DNA from: Octopus vulgaris
Lineage: Eukaryota
NCBI GenBank assembly: GCA_951406725.2
Contig: OX597825.1
Span: 66,092,001 to 66,156,000, forward strand
DNA length: 64,000 nt
Direction of reading: 5' to 3'
The translations under genes and the position numbers were made by a program. Positions within the stretch are counted from its first letter, which is position 1. Every line of letters starts with the position of its first letter. The notes under the pieces are model-generated. The model was given only the letters and a program-made list of their open reading frames with translations, was not told the DNA's origin and made no database searches. This document shows positions 26,626 through 41,231 of the stretch, piece after piece.

Positions 26626-26815
26626 AGGCAGTGAGCTGGCAGAATCGTTAACACACCAGGCAAAATGCTTAGTAATATTTCGTCCGTCTCTGAGTTCAAA
26701 TTCCGCCGCGGTTGACTTTGGGGGTCGATAAGATAAGAAGTCATTGAGCAATTGTAATTGACTTACCCGCTCCCTCGAAATTTGCTGGCCTTGTGACAAA
26801 ATTTGAAACCAATAT
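26190..26815 (+). mobile_element. Cluster of older family B-related SINEs around an (AGT)n tract
   Basis: gcgagctggcagaaccgttagc and gtgagctggcagaatcgttaac heads with B boxes. Confidence 0.7.
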
Positions 26816-27408
26816 TAACAGAATATGAAAAAAATAAATAATAAATAAATGATGTAGCAGCGCAAATATTTGATGTAATTTCATCTTTAGTGTTTTCTTC
26901 TTATCGTACACTTTACAAACTTTAATGCTTTTACCAATATAGTTGAGTCACCCTCCCCGACCAAACCTTTTTAAACATCAAGTTTAACGATCATCATAAT
27001 CCATTTATGACTCCTTCCGGCACTATTACTTTCATTTTCACTTGATGATCATAATGATTTCCAGTCATTAGAGTTAAGGGCAACACATTATACTGGACGA
27101 GTTTGTAGCTATGTCCAACGGCGACGTAGACAGTCAAGTCAAGAAAGACACACTAAATAAGAAAACAGTGAAATTTAGAGAGAAATTGTGATCGTCTGCG
27201 TTAACAAAAAAATAAAATGGTGGTCTTATTACTTGAAATGCTTGATGAAAATTAGAAATGAGAAAATGAAGGAGACGGAGGAGTGATGTCGAAGGACGAG
27301 AGATGCAGGATGTAGGATGATGTTTGGCTGAAGTTAGTAACGTGATCCATTGGCATCCAGGATGAGCGTAACAAAAAGAACAAGGACACGTACACTCATA
27401 CACACACA

Positions 27409-27456
<48 letters not shown>

Positions 27457-28952
27457 TAGATTACACGCAATTTCAGTCAACTTCCATTCCCAAGCGAAAT
27501 CTTTTGTAGAAAACATTTTCCCCAAGGTCCCGCGCGTTGTAGTCGAACTCTGAACCACGTGTTTACGAGGCATATTTTTTAACCACACACGCCATACCAG
27601 GGATTATTTAGCTATCATACACAAGTTGTTTAGTTTTTGTTGGGTTTTTTTTTTGCGGTGGGTTGGGACATGTTTTAACTCAGCGTGTTTACTTCGAGTT
27701 TTTTACAGCTTTATTTTTCTTCGATTTTATATCAATCTAGAGATCGATGTTCGGTGATCGTTTTATTCAATCACGTTGTTCACATAATAGAACTGAAATC
27801 CAGTAGCTAACACATGATTCTTATATCAAGAGAGATCTTGATGGGTTAGCTTTCAGCATACACAATACTGCATACGCACAATATCTCATACTTTAAAATT
27901 TAAGCCGCTAATAGTAATGCATCGAAATGCATGGCGTTTAGCACGAACTGTATTTATAAAGCAAAAAGATCCTGGATATATTACTATCGATTGATTCACT
28001 ACCGTGTTAACTATTACTGAGAAATGTGAGAACGTAGGTTAAAAGAAAATAATGGATTAGCACGAAACAGCTCGTCTAATATCCGGAATGACTGGTCATC
28101 GTATGTAAATATGGAGTGAGGTTTATGCCAACGAGTGGTTTTATTGGCGAACTTAGCAGGTTTTGGCAGTGTAAGAGAGAGAGAGGGAGAGAGAAGAGAG
28201 AGCATGTGACAGGAATACAATGACATGTTAAAATTGCTTCTCTGCAAATTTGTGTAGATGTATTATAGAATAGATTAATTCCCTACTGTGTAATTACTTC
28301 AAAGAGAATCCAATTACGAGTAGCATTTATTCCTAGATCCAAATCATCTGTTTAGGCAGTGAGCTCCTATCAAAATTCGTTGCAAATATTAGTTCCACTT
28401 TTTGTTTGTTTTTTATTATTATTGTTATCATCATTTTCCCAGATTTATTTCTACCTGACTATTTTGATCAAGACAGCGTTTACCAGGCAATGACTAATCA
28501 ATCCATCGCATTTATCTTTTATTTAAGCTGCCTTAATATTGTGCTATGAGAGATTAATAACGAACAAATTTTAGATAATATATCAATCTGCTATCCTTAC
28601 GTTATGCAAAACATTTCGTTGCCATGCAGGAGCCGGATAAATTTTTAGACAATATTAGAAATCAGCTGCAAAAGACATTTTACCTTGATCTTAATGATTC
28701 ATGAGGACCTGGGTTTGCCTAGATTTCCAAACGTTTAGACTAAAAATACAAGGCTCCCTCTTGAACCGTCACATGACTAACCCCCATTGGGTACTGATAC
28801 TCATTTTCAGCAGAATGTACCAAGAGCAACGTGACATGAAGTGCCACCTCGACACAATGTGCCACCAGTTCTAAGACTAACACTGACCTAACGATCGTGA
28901 GCACAATGTTCTAATTCCTAGGTCACATTACCTTCACAGAAATCAGTATAGT

Positions 28953-29818
28953 AAGGCGGCGAACAGGCAGAAATGTTAGCACCCTGGATGAAATGCTTAC
29001 TGGTATTTCGTCTGCCGCTACGTTCTGAGTTCAAATTCCGCCTGTCTGTCCTTGTTTGTCCCCTCTGTGTGTAGCCCCTTGTGGGTAGTAAAGAAATAGG
29101 TACTTCGTCTGCCGCTACGTTTTGGGTTCAAATTCCGCTGAGGTCGACTTTGCCTTTCATCCTTTCGGGGTCGATTAAATAAGTACCAGTTACGCACTGG
29201 GGTCGATATAATCAATCCGTTTGTCTGTCCTTGTTTGTCCCCTCTGTGTGTAGCCCCTTGTGGGTAGTAAAGAAATAGGTACTTCGTCTGCCGCTACGTT
29301 TTGGGTTCAAATTCCGCTGAGGTCGACTTTGCCTTTCATCCTTTCGGGGTCGATTAAATAAGTACCAGTTACGCACTGGGGTCGATATAATCAATCCGTT
29401 TGTCTGTCCTTGTTTGTCCCCTCTGTGTGTAGCCCCTTGTGGGTAGTAAAGAAATAGGTACTTCGTCTGCCGCTACGTTTTGGGTTCAAATTCCGCTGAG
29501 GTCGACTTTGCCTTTCATTCTTTCGGGGTCGATTAAATAAGTACCAGTTACGCACTGGGGTTGATATAATCAATCCGTTTGTCTGTCCTTGTTTGTCCCC
29601 TCTGTGTGTAGCCCCTTGTGGGTAGTAAAGAAATAGGTATTTCGTCTGCCATTACGTTCTTAGTTCAAATTCCGCCGAGGTCGACTTTGCCTTTCATCCT
29701 TTCGGGGTAGATAAATTAACTACCAGTTACGCACTGGGGTCGATGTAATCGACTTAATCCGTTTGTCTGTCCTTGTTTGTCCCCTCTATGTTTAGCCCCT
29801 TGTGGGCAATAAAGAAAT
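28953..29818 (+). mobile_element. SINE family B with tandem array of 179-bp body units
   Basis: One head, near-identical units (ORFs at 29212 and 29391 offset by 179 nt), one terminal unit ending gggcaataaagaaa. Confidence 0.92.
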
Positions 29819-30256
29819 CAGTATAGTGATGCTGAAATCACTCTCTAGAGAACCTTTAACACACTGCTTTGTTTAACACTACTGAGTAGACTTTGATTAC
29901 CTTTATCATGTTCAGTCTGTTACAAGAATTCGGACCCATAAGAACACCCCACCCAATTTTTTTTTCTCTTTTTATTGGTCTTGCAGACGTGACATGACCA
30001 CCACATTCCAGTCCACATATCGGCCCCGTATCAATCCCGCCAGTCAGTAAGTACCTAAATATATCAAGATTGCTACCCTTCTCCACTGATACACTTAAGA
30101 AAAGAAATCCTTTGAAGATAGCCTAAACTTAAACAGTAACCCCTGGAAAGTTATTAAAAGTATTGAAATTTTAGAAGTCAAAGCAAACTAATTACTTCAC
30201 AAGAATGTTTGTGGGGGGAAATGAGACATTAATACCCAAAGCTACCAGATTCTAGA

Positions 30257-30403
30257 GCAGGCATGAGCAAATTCTTTTGAGAAGTGGATCTCATGAGACA
30301 CGGCTCATCATCATGCGAACCACCCTACTAATAAAATTGAGGTTATTTTTCGTTTGAGCGTGTCATTCAGAAAGTCACGCGGGCCATAGTTTGCCCATGA
30401 TTA
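30257..30403. mobile_element. Possible hAT-type MITE
   Basis: caggcatgagcaaa...cgcgggccatagtttgcccatga imperfect TIRs. Confidence 0.45.
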
Positions 30404-30791
30404 TTCCAGTGGCTCAATCGATCAATGTTGACACTACTTCTGCACATATATGTTCAGCCTGGGCAAGATTTTTTTTTTTTTTAGAAAAGTTAGCAGTTGC
30501 TCATGAATATAAATGCCCCACTCCATGTCAACTACGTTTATGCAAGAGAAAGCAAAACCACCGACTTGTGGCGATACAGCATGACACTAATGGCACCACA
30601 TGTCTCAGCAGTAACACATGTGTGACATTATTAGACACGTGCGCAAGTTCCATCAATTTACTGTCCTGAATTGATTCTTTTTTTTATCGATTCCCAAGGT
30701 TTGAAATGCAAACTTGACTTCGGTTGGATTTGAACTCACAGCGTAAAGAGTTGGAGCAATTTCTACGAGGTAAGATATTATATCTTCTTCT

Positions 30792-31855
30792 CTAACGACT
30801 CTTAGATGCAGGCCACTTCCTTGCTTTAGAATGTTTGCACTCAGTTGTCATTGCACCAATGGAAACTCTAGTGTCGTATGTATAATGAACTGCTGGATCA
30901 TAATTGAAAGCTGTTTCATAGGAGTTCCTTCTCTGAGCTGTTGCAGCTGCTCTTCGTTCTGCAGTGGAGATCCTATTCCTTGTCAGCTGTGCATGCCCCT
31001 GTTCATCACTTTGAGATGCTCTGGCTTTTGTAGTGCACAGTCTGTCCGTTTCTTGGTATGCTTCCCTTTCTGCAGCTGTTTCTCTTTCCCAGTACAGAGA
31101 CATTCTTTTGGCTGACCTTGACATTGTAGACAAATTTGACACTTTCCTTCTAGGCATGGTTATAAACGTATACAGAAATACACGGGTGCAGCAGATAGTA
31201 AACAATGAAAATAACTGGGTAACGGAAGTTATATTTCTTAATACGACGACGAGAAACTAAATAAGAATTTTTTACAGAAAATAAAGAATTGTACGGGTTG
31301 AAGTGAAATTTGTCACTTAGTGAACCAAAGAGCCAGTATCGAAGGAACCAAAAAAAGCCGTTAACAACAGAAAGACACAAAACCGCTGCAATCGTAAATA
31401 AGAAACTTTTAGGGATTTTAAAAAAACTTTTAAATGTACGGATTTAAGTGAAATTTTTTAAGTTACTACTGGCAGTAAATTATGAACTTACTTTTATCAG
31501 TAATTCCGTCAACAACAAAAAGCTACAAAACGCCGCAAAAGTTAATAAGAAAGTTGTAGGCAAATTTAGCGAAGTATACGGATTGAAGTGAAATTTATGA
31601 AGTTACTTCCGTCAGTAAATTATGTATGAAATTACTTTGATCAGTAATTGTGAATTTCTTTCTGTCAGTAATTTGTCGTTGTTGTTTGTAAATAGCGATT
31701 GAAAACTTACAGTGAAAACAGTAGCGATTGAACTTAAAGTGAAAGCAATAGATCTTCAAAATGAAAGTGAAAACAACAGAGTGGGTGAGATATATAAAGA
31801 GTAGGCGAGAAAGCTAGTTAGTTAAACAAATAAGATAGATATAGATAGATAAGAT

Positions 31856-31953
<98 letters not shown>

Positions 31954-32335
31954 GGATGGATAGATATAAAGATAGAGATGGATAGAGAGATATAGACGTC
32001 ACTGACGCTGGAAAGCCGGGAGTAAATATTTTAAAAACTTTCAAAGACGTGAATCTAATGTAAAAAGTAATATATTTGTTTTATTTTTTTATAACCAATG
32101 GATATAAGAGAGACAATCAATTTCTGAAAGTTACATAGCTTTGAGTTATCTTCCTTCTACACGTAACCCAGAAACTGACTCAGGAGGCTCGTTACTCATT
32201 ATGTGAAAGATTTTAAGAGTCTAAAACCATCCCTGGAACGTAAGTAATGTATGTTCCCATTCTGGAGACAATCAGTTGAAAAATACGGCCGTTATAATAT
32301 TTTACACACACACACAGAACGGGATTTATATTATA
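30792..32335 (-). mobile_element. 5' portion of a Helitron with truncated RepHel N-terminal ORF (30792-31157)
   Basis: MPRRK...RETAAERE...AFNYDPAVHYTYDTRVSIGAMTTECKHSKARKW resembles the charged-repeat plus AFxYDP...IGxM...CxxC start of animal Helitron RepHel; (GATA)n and a Helitron-like 5' end near 32335. Confidence 0.7.
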
Positions 32336-32540
32336 TATGTGGTGGGGTGTATACGAAGATTCAATAAGGAGACGAACGCTCGGGATGTTGTTAAACTATT
32401 TATCTCTTGAAGTCTTCTACTAAATACGATTTATTATACCGATATTAATTCCTGGGACACTTAAACAACATTTAGCTACCTTGTAATTATTCCCCTGGAT
32501 TTTTCCTACAGATTGTAATCTCTCTCTCTCTCTCTCTCTC

Positions 32541-32598
<58 letters not shown>

Positions 32599-33296
32599 TA
32601 CATATATATATATACATACATACATGCATACATGCATACATACATGCATACATACATACATACATACATACATACATACATACATACATACATACATACA
32701 TAGAGAAAAAGAGACTGGAGATGGCCGCAGTTGGAATGCTTTGATTATAGGTCAATATAAAATGGGTAGATCATGGACTAAGAAGCAAAACAGGGTAATA
32801 TAAACATGGAAACACAAATGCTCAGATAACGGCCATCTTAAAAGTGAACCCACCACCCCATCCCTTCCACCGTCGAAAACACGAGGGCACTGGTATGGAG
32901 ACAGAAGATTCTGAAAGAGTTTAGTAAAGTAACATAAATACTGAACAGAATGTAAACAGTGGCAGTCTTGCTGGCTCTTCTATATTTATGTATGTTTGTA
33001 GGTCACTATGTATAGGCGTTTCTATATGTTTATGTATGTGTGTATATGTGCATGGATAAGATTAGATGCATGTATACATGTTTGCATGTACTTTACTTAA
33101 TCATATATATGCATATATGTATATATATATATGTATTTATAAATATATATATATATATTTATACATATATATAGATATATATATATATACGTATATACAT
33201 ACATATATGTGAGTGTATATGTATGTGTATAAAATGTATATTACGTTTCACCAAACGTGTGTATATATGTTTGTGTGCGTATGTGTATATATATGT

Positions 33297-33351
<55 letters not shown>

Positions 33352-33502
33352 CGCACATATATGTGTATATACATATATATATATATATATATATACATCT
33401 ATACACACACACACACAGTACAAATACAAGACCTATATATGCAGATACACTTATTCAAGTAATACATATACACACGCGCGCATGCACGTGCATATATATA
33501 TA

Positions 33503-33715
33503 CAGTAGGGTGCAAAAGTAGGTATACAACAAGTATCGCGTCAATGCTATAATAATTAAATTAGCCTCATTTTTGATATTTTCAGCGTTACTAATGATAA
33601 TGATACATTTATCATAAATATGATGATACTTTTGTCATAATTTTTTATGTTTTTGAGAAATACAAATGAGTATTGTACGTGTTTTCTTTTTTATACCTAT
33701 TTTTGCACCACCTTG
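33503..33715. mobile_element. Tc1/mariner-type MITE
   Basis: ta-CAGTAGGGTGCAAAAGTAGGTATA...TATACCTATTTTTGCACCACCTTG-ta. Confidence 0.7.
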
Positions 33716-33729
33716 TATGTAATATATAT

Positions 33730-34090
33730 TGTGTGGTAAGTAGCTTGCTTACCAACCATATGGTTCCGAGTTCAGTCTCATTACGTGACACCTTGGGCAA
33801 GTGTCTTCTACTATAGCTTCGGGCCGACCAAAGCCTTGTGAGTGGATTTGGGAGATGGAAACTCAAAGAAGCCCGTCGTATATATGTTTGTATGTCTGTG
33901 TTTGTCCTCTTCCCAACATCGCTTGACAACCGATGCTGGTGTGTTTACGTCCCCGTAACCAAGCGGTTCGGCTAAAAGAGACCGATAGAATAAGTAGTAG
34001 GCTTATAAAGAATAAGTCCTGGGGTCCATTTGTTCGACAAAAGGCGGAGCTCCAGCTAGGCCGCAGTCAAATGATTGAAACAAATAAATG
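33730..34090 (+). mobile_element. SINE family A
   Basis: Family A motifs, almost no internal microsatellite. Confidence 0.88.
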
Positions 34091-34203
34091 AAAATGAAAA
34101 TGAAATATACATACACTCACATACATTTATGCACGCAATTTCCTCCAGCTATATATGTATGTGTGCATGCGAGTGTGTGTGAGAGTGTATGTGTGTGTGT
34201 AAG

Positions 34204-34324
<121 letters not shown>

Positions 34325-34542
34325 CTGTTTAATCGAATACATTACAGACTCCGTTTCATATTTCAATGTCTATGTGTGTCTGAATTATCCCATCACGCCC
34401 ATCATCACCATAACCACTACTACCAACCCATAAACGGGACCCAAAGATGAAGCCTTAACTATATAGAGAGAGAGGGGCGGAGACAGACAGACAGACAGAC
34501 AAGTAGGTAAATATATTGAAAGAGACAGTTGTGAATAGACAG

Positions 34543-34628
<86 letters not shown>

Positions 34629-34965
34629 CTTTCTTGATTAGCGACACTGGGCTAAACACAGAGGGGACAAATACAAATGTAGAGCTTTTCTTTTCGAAAA
34701 TGAAAAAGAAAAATGGGAAAAAAAGAGAAAAAAAGTAAAATTCCGATCAAAAGGAATCGGAAAAAAAAGGCGATCAAAAGGGATCGTGTATCACAGAAGA
34801 AATTTTTTAAATGTAAGAAGCAATGTTAGGTTTATCCGTGGAAAGAAAAGCCTACAGAAAAGACCACGGTAACCTCAGGCAGGGAGGGAATAAACACATG
34901 AGAGCAAAGTGCTCCCCCTCTCTCTGTCTCTCTCTCTCTCGCTCTCTTTCTCTCTCTCTCTCTCC

Positions 34966-35022
<57 letters not shown>

Positions 35023-35649
35023 AGCCTGATCCACTGACAGGGTTTTGGCTGGCCCTGCGCTATAGTAGAAGACACTTGTCCAATAGCACCACGCATTAGA
35101 ACTCAACCCGGAACCATGTGGTGCTTGGGGAGCAAACTTCTTAGCGCACAAGCCTTGCAAAGCAGAATGGTCATGTTTGGAACGTCTTTGATCATAGGCA
35201 TGCTGTGTTACCACAGACGTAAGGGTTAAACAATAACAGCAGCAACAGCCGCAGCAGCAGCAATCCATACCCTCTTTCTCCATTACAACCACGACGCCAC
35301 CATCACCACCAGCACCACCGCCACAAAGAATAACATTTGGAGGTGCCTATATTTAGCTAACAGAGTTCCTACTGTAAAATGCAATCGTATGTGTTGACAA
35401 CAAGAATGACATTTTGGTAATGGCGATATCCTTTGGCATTGGATACCAGCTTCCTTTCTTTTCAGCTTGCTGACTGACTGGCTTTCTTGTGTTCTTGTCT
35501 TCAAATATCATTCTCCCTCTGTTTTCTCTCTCTCCCACTCTTTCTCTCTATCTCTCTCTACATATATATATATATATATCTATACTTTACATTATATATA
35601 TATATATATATATAATGTAAAGTATAGAAGCCATCTTAACATAATAATG

Positions 35650-35700
<51 letters not shown>

Positions 35701-35791
35701 CATACATATATATGTACATATATATATACATATATATATATATATTAAGCTCTCTCATTCTCTTCTCTCTCTCTCTACATATATATATGTG

Positions 35792-35886
<95 letters not shown>

Positions 35887-36211
35887 TAAGCTCTCTCATT
35901 CTATTCTCTCTCTCTCTCTCTCTCTCTCACTTCCAATCTCTCTATTTATCTCTTTCTATCTATCGGTTTTTCATCTTCCTTACGCTCGTATTTTATTTCG
36001 TTTTTTTTCTCTTTTCTCTGTTTTTTTCTGTTTTTTCTCTGCTCCTTCTCTCTCTCTCTCTCTCTCTTTCCCACTCTCTCTTTCTCCCTTAATATCTCTG
36101 TCTCTCCACTTAGCTTTTTATCATTTTTCCTCTCTCCTATTTTTCATTCTCTCTCTTAATTTCTTCTTTCCTTCCTTTCTTTATCACTGTTTCTGTCTCT
36201 GTTTATTTGTC

Positions 36212-36294
<83 letters not shown>

Positions 36295-36510
36295 ATATAT
36301 ATATATACACACACATGTATGTATATATATACTGATATATACTTTGATACTTTGATAGGTTTCGGCCATTATTGGCCCAGGCCATGTCTAACTTAATAGC
36401 ACCATGTGTTACATATAATATATATATATACATACATATATGTATATATATATGTTTGTATATATATATATATATGTATGTGTATACATAAATGTGTGTC
36501 TATATATGTG

Positions 36511-36559
<49 letters not shown>

Positions 36560-37833
36560 ATATATGTATGTATGTATGTATGTATCTGTCTATGTGTGTA
36601 TATATGTATGTATACAAGGTGTTCAGACACGCGGGTGTGTTTAATGTCTATTTATCCCACTTGTCACCGCCTCCTCTGCCCCCCACACTACTATCACCAT
36701 TTCTGCCCTTTATCTCCACGTCTCAGTTTTCCTTTCACATTCGCACTTTATCGACCATTTTCTACCCGACTGACAGAGCAAAGGGAATCTTAACCAGCAT
36801 AGTAAATATTTATTTATTCAAAACCCACGTTCTACTGGAACCCTAGTAATTATTTTCCGGTCAGAAACCTTGTTCCCATTATGTAGATGTGTTTATGCAT
36901 CGCCATGTTTATGGCACGTTCTTGTTTAATTCTAATATTTAAGTTCGTGTTAACATGTTCCATATATTTTAGAATCAAAAAATTTTGATTAAAAACAATT
37001 TATATGATGAAGAAAAGATAATAAGAGCTCAATGATATGAGGTATCTTAATCTGTTTGATAAGGGAAACCACTATGAACATGTTCTGGTTTTATTAGACC
37101 TCCTCAGTGAAGTATAGCGTTCGTCGTAAATGTCGAAACAGTGATGAGAGAATCACTGAGCAGATCAAAGATTAGAAACTTCCTTTTCATGATGGCCTGC
37201 TTTTGTTTTACACTTTTATATTTTTGTTTTGAATGTTTTTTTTTACATTTGTCTATGAACTATACGTAGATTATATTAAGTTTTACATATAAAAATATAC
37301 CCATGTATATATATATATATATATATATATACCCCAATTTCCATCAATGACAATGCTTATTCAAGCTAAAAAGAAATATTAAACATATCACGACGCTTGA
37401 AGATTACCTAAACATCCATCAACTAATCAACGGCCCATGAATATATTAAATTTGATAATTTCTTTTTAGAAAAGAGTCGGATCCATAGAGAATACCTGTG
37501 GTCCACAAGTGACTCCCAGCCCACCCGCTGCCAACTCCTTAAGAAGACGAACTCATCTTCATGCCTTCCCATGGGCACTATTCTACATCTATACATTAAA
37601 TATCTAAGCACTACGTTAACAACTACGATGGAATCTATGCTATTCTACGAAGGCGTAATAGAATCGAAACTTGTCTGGTATTATCTCCCCGTAGTATATT
37701 AATCTAATTAAAATAGTTTCAACCAGTGAGTTACGTTGTTTGTTTTTCACCATATAATTATTCACATAACATCAATATGCTCATTATATTAAATATATTA
37801 ACATGAATTCAAGTATTGTTTTCCATAGATATA

Positions 37834-38004
37834 GGCGCAGGAGTGGCTGTGTGGTAAGTAGCTTGCTTACGAACCACATGGTTCCGGGTTCATTCCCACT
37901 GCGTGGCACCTTGGGCAAGTGTCTTCTACTATAGCCTCGAGCCAACCAAAGCCTTGTGAGTGGATTTGGTAGACGGAAACTGAAAGAAACCCGTCGTATA
38001 TATG

Positions 38005-38037
<33 letters not shown>

Positions 38038-38245
38038 TTATGAGTTTGTGTTTGTCCCTCCAACATCGCTTGACAACCGATGGTGGTGTGTTTACGTCAC
38101 CGTAACTTAGCGGCTTGGCAAAAGAGACCGATAGAATAAGTACTAGGCTTACAAAGAATAAGTCCTGGGATCGATTTGCTCGACTAAAGGCGATGCTCCA
38201 GCAAGGCCACAGTCAAATGACTGAAGCAAGTAAAAGAGTAAAAGA
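37834..38245 (+). mobile_element. SINE family A, full length
   Basis: Complete head-to-tail copy. Confidence 0.92.
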
Positions 38246-38309
38246 GGAAAGAGACATAGCCATCTATTATTAATAATTGACCTCCAGATTTTGGGGAATG
38301 TTTTATATG

Positions 38310-38562
38310 TTTTAACCATTGGACAGCGACCTTGCTGGGGCATTGCCTTGAAGAGTTTTACGTCGAACAAATCTCCCCCAGCGTTTATTTTCTTTTTATG
38401 CCTAGTACTTATTCTGTCCGCTCTTTTGCCGAACCACTAAGTTACATAAGACATAAACACACCAACATCGGTTGTCAAGCAATGGTGCGGGACAAATACA
38501 GACACAAAGACACACGCGCGCACACACACATACATAAGTACATACATACATACATATGTATA

Positions 38563-38599
<37 letters not shown>

Positions 38600-38750
38600 G
38601 GCAGGATTCTTTCAATTTCCGCCTCACTCACAAGTCTTTGGTCGGTCCGAGGCTATAGTAAAAGTCACTGTCCAAGATGCCACGCAGTGATTGAACCTAG
38701 AACCATGTGGTTGGTAAGCAAGCTCCTTACCACACACCCTCGCCTGCGCG
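38310..38750 (-). mobile_element. SINE family A, older copy, inverted relative to neighbour
   Basis: Reverse-complement family A motifs. Confidence 0.8.
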
Positions 38751-39044
38751 TATTTGCGACGTGCTGGCGTCCCGCTCAACGGAGAGTAATCTTACAGTCA
38801 GCTAAGCACCACAGAAATCAGATACGCTCGGACACATCAACCTGTGGACTCAAGACAAAGTTTTTGGTTATTTGCACTCGTTATCTTTAGGGAAAGAGGC
38901 AAAGGATTATGGTGAAATGCTAAATAACAACGAAACCGGTAGGTTCAATCCTTATCTAATCCTTATGTATCATTGTGCCTAATTTAATAGTAAAAATAAC
39001 ATGCAGATATAACCCTGAATGTGTAAATGAGTAAATATGTTTTT

Positions 39045-39460
39045 TTTTACTTGTTTCAATCATCGGATTGCAGCTATGTTGGAGCACAGCCTTGAAAGAT
39101 TTTAATAGAGCACATCGATTCACAGTAATTGCTTTTTTTAGGACTATTACTTGTTATATCTGTCTCTTATGTCGAACTGCTAAGTTACGGGTACGTGTAA
39201 AAACCAATATTATTTGTCAATCAGTATGGATACACGCGAACACAAAGACACACATATACATACACGCGGACACATATACACATACATATATATATAGCAC
39301 GAGCTTTTTTCAGTTTCCATCTACCAAATTCACTCTCGAGGCTTTGGTCTAACTGGAACTATAGCAAAAATGACGTATGTCATTTCTGCTATAGCCCTGT
39401 AGTGCTACTGAAGCCGTGCCCTTGTGGTTGAGAAGCATACCTCTTACCTCATAGCCACGT
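39045..39460 (-). mobile_element. Highly diverged SINE family A copy
   Basis: cttgtttcaatcat...ggagcac...taagttacggg...ttcagtttccatctaccaaatt remnants. Confidence 0.7.
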
Positions 39461-39984
39461 CTAATCAGATAACAAAAACATTGCATTCAATATCACCCAA
39501 TGGATGAAAAAACTGGGTGCTTCGAACAAATGACGCCTCTCCTATACAATGACGTAGGAAAAAATATACTTTTCCCCTCTGAAGAGAATGATTTGTTGTA
39601 AATAAGGTATGTTGAAAGAATTTAGAAAAAATCTCATAACTGGAATGTGGCAAACCCAAATTCTATGCACTGTTTGTCGACATAAAGCAACAGCAAGTTG
39701 ACAGAATCGTTACAGCTGTCGGGGAAAAAATTTACTTTGCGGTATTTGTTTTGACTCCTTATGTCCTGAGTTCGAATTCTGCAAAGGTCAGCTTTGTTTT
39801 TCATATTTTCGAGGCCGATAAAACAAAATCTCAGTCAAGTCGATAATACCGAATAACCCACCACAACTCCCTTTAAAATTGCTGGCCTTGTGCCGATATA
39901 AGAAACCGTTGTGTGTCTACAACATAATAATCATAATGATACCTAAGGAAAGAAATAAGAGTTCATCCCTTTTTTAAAAAAATA

Positions 39985-41231
39985 CAGTGGTTGTACAAAA
40001 TAATAGAAACACCTTAAAATTTCAAACAAATTTAATTGAAATAGGGTAGGACCGCCTTTGGCAGTAATAACAGCTTGAATTCTACAAGGTATGGACTCGT
40101 ACAAAGTTTGAATTGTTTCCAAAGGAATTTTTTGTCCATTCTCAGCTAAAACATTCTCCAGTTCTCGTAGTGATGAGGGTAGAGGATATCAACTCCTTAC
40201 TTGCTTTAAACTGCACCATAAATGTTCAATAATATTGAGATCTGGGGACTGTGGTGCCCAGATAAGATGTTCACCTTCACTAGAATGTTCCTCGTACCAT
40301 TCAGTAACAACTTTAGCTGTGTGAATTGGTATATTATCATCCTGAAAGATTTCGTTTCCCTCTGGAAACAGTTCTGCAACCATAGAATGAATTTTATCAG
40401 ATAAAATGCTTAAATAGTCTTGAATATTAATTCTGCCATGGAGGGAAACCATTGGGCCGGCATATTTCCAAGATATAACCTCCCCAGATCATCACAGATC
40501 CTCCTCCATGTTTAACAGTTGGAAGAAGGCAGTCCGGGTCAAATGCTTCTTTTGGCTGTCTCCACACATATACTCGGCCAATGGTCAGAAATAAGGTGAA
40601 GAAATAGCATTCTTCCACTGCTCTAGGGACTAATTCTCTAAGTTTTTACTCCACTCTAAACGCTTTACAACGTTTGCTTTTGAAAGTAGTGGTTTTCTGA
40701 TTGCAGCCTACCCGTGAAATCCGGCTTTGTGCAGCTCCCGACGAACAGTTTTGTGGAAACTGAGTTCTCGAGGTGGTCATTAAGCTCTACGGTAATTTTG
40801 GGAACTGTATCTTTGTGATCTTTTCTAACAATTCGTGTAAGAGTACGACGGTTCCTATCTGAAAGTTTTGGTTTCCTTCCAGAGTTTTCGACGAGGTTTT
40901 CCCCTCTTTCTCAAAGTCTGTCATTACTTTCCAAACAGTACTTCTTGATACACCAAACATTTCGGCTGTTTTCGATACGCTAGCGCCTGCCATACGAGCA
41001 CCAACAATTTTGACCTCTTTGAAAGTCCGATAGATCAGTCAATTTAATGAATTTTAATTACCTTTTTCTGATGATATCTGAAAAGAAACAGCAATTTTAG
41101 CAAAACATATTAAGGAAAACTAATAGTAAATCAACAAACATAAAAATAAACAAGCTTTGGACGGTTTTATAGATATTTCAAAATTATGATGCTATGATGC
41201 TAGGTTTTTCCATTATTTTGTCCAACCCCTG
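39985..41231 (-). mobile_element. Full-length Tc1 DNA transposon with frameshifted transposase
   Basis: TIRs CAGTGGTTGTACAAAATAATAGAAACACCT and AGGTTTTTCCATTATTTTGTCCAACCCCTG with TA TSD; ORF pieces SKTAEMFGVSRSTV (HTH), PTVKHGGGSVMIWG, FQDDNIPIH, WAPQSPDLNIIEHLW. Confidence 0.95.

Noticed and set aside
29018-29573. Three near-identical 60-65 aa ORFs, or a CRISPR-like array
   Set aside because: Antisense reading of tandem SINE B units; no unique spacers and no cas genes
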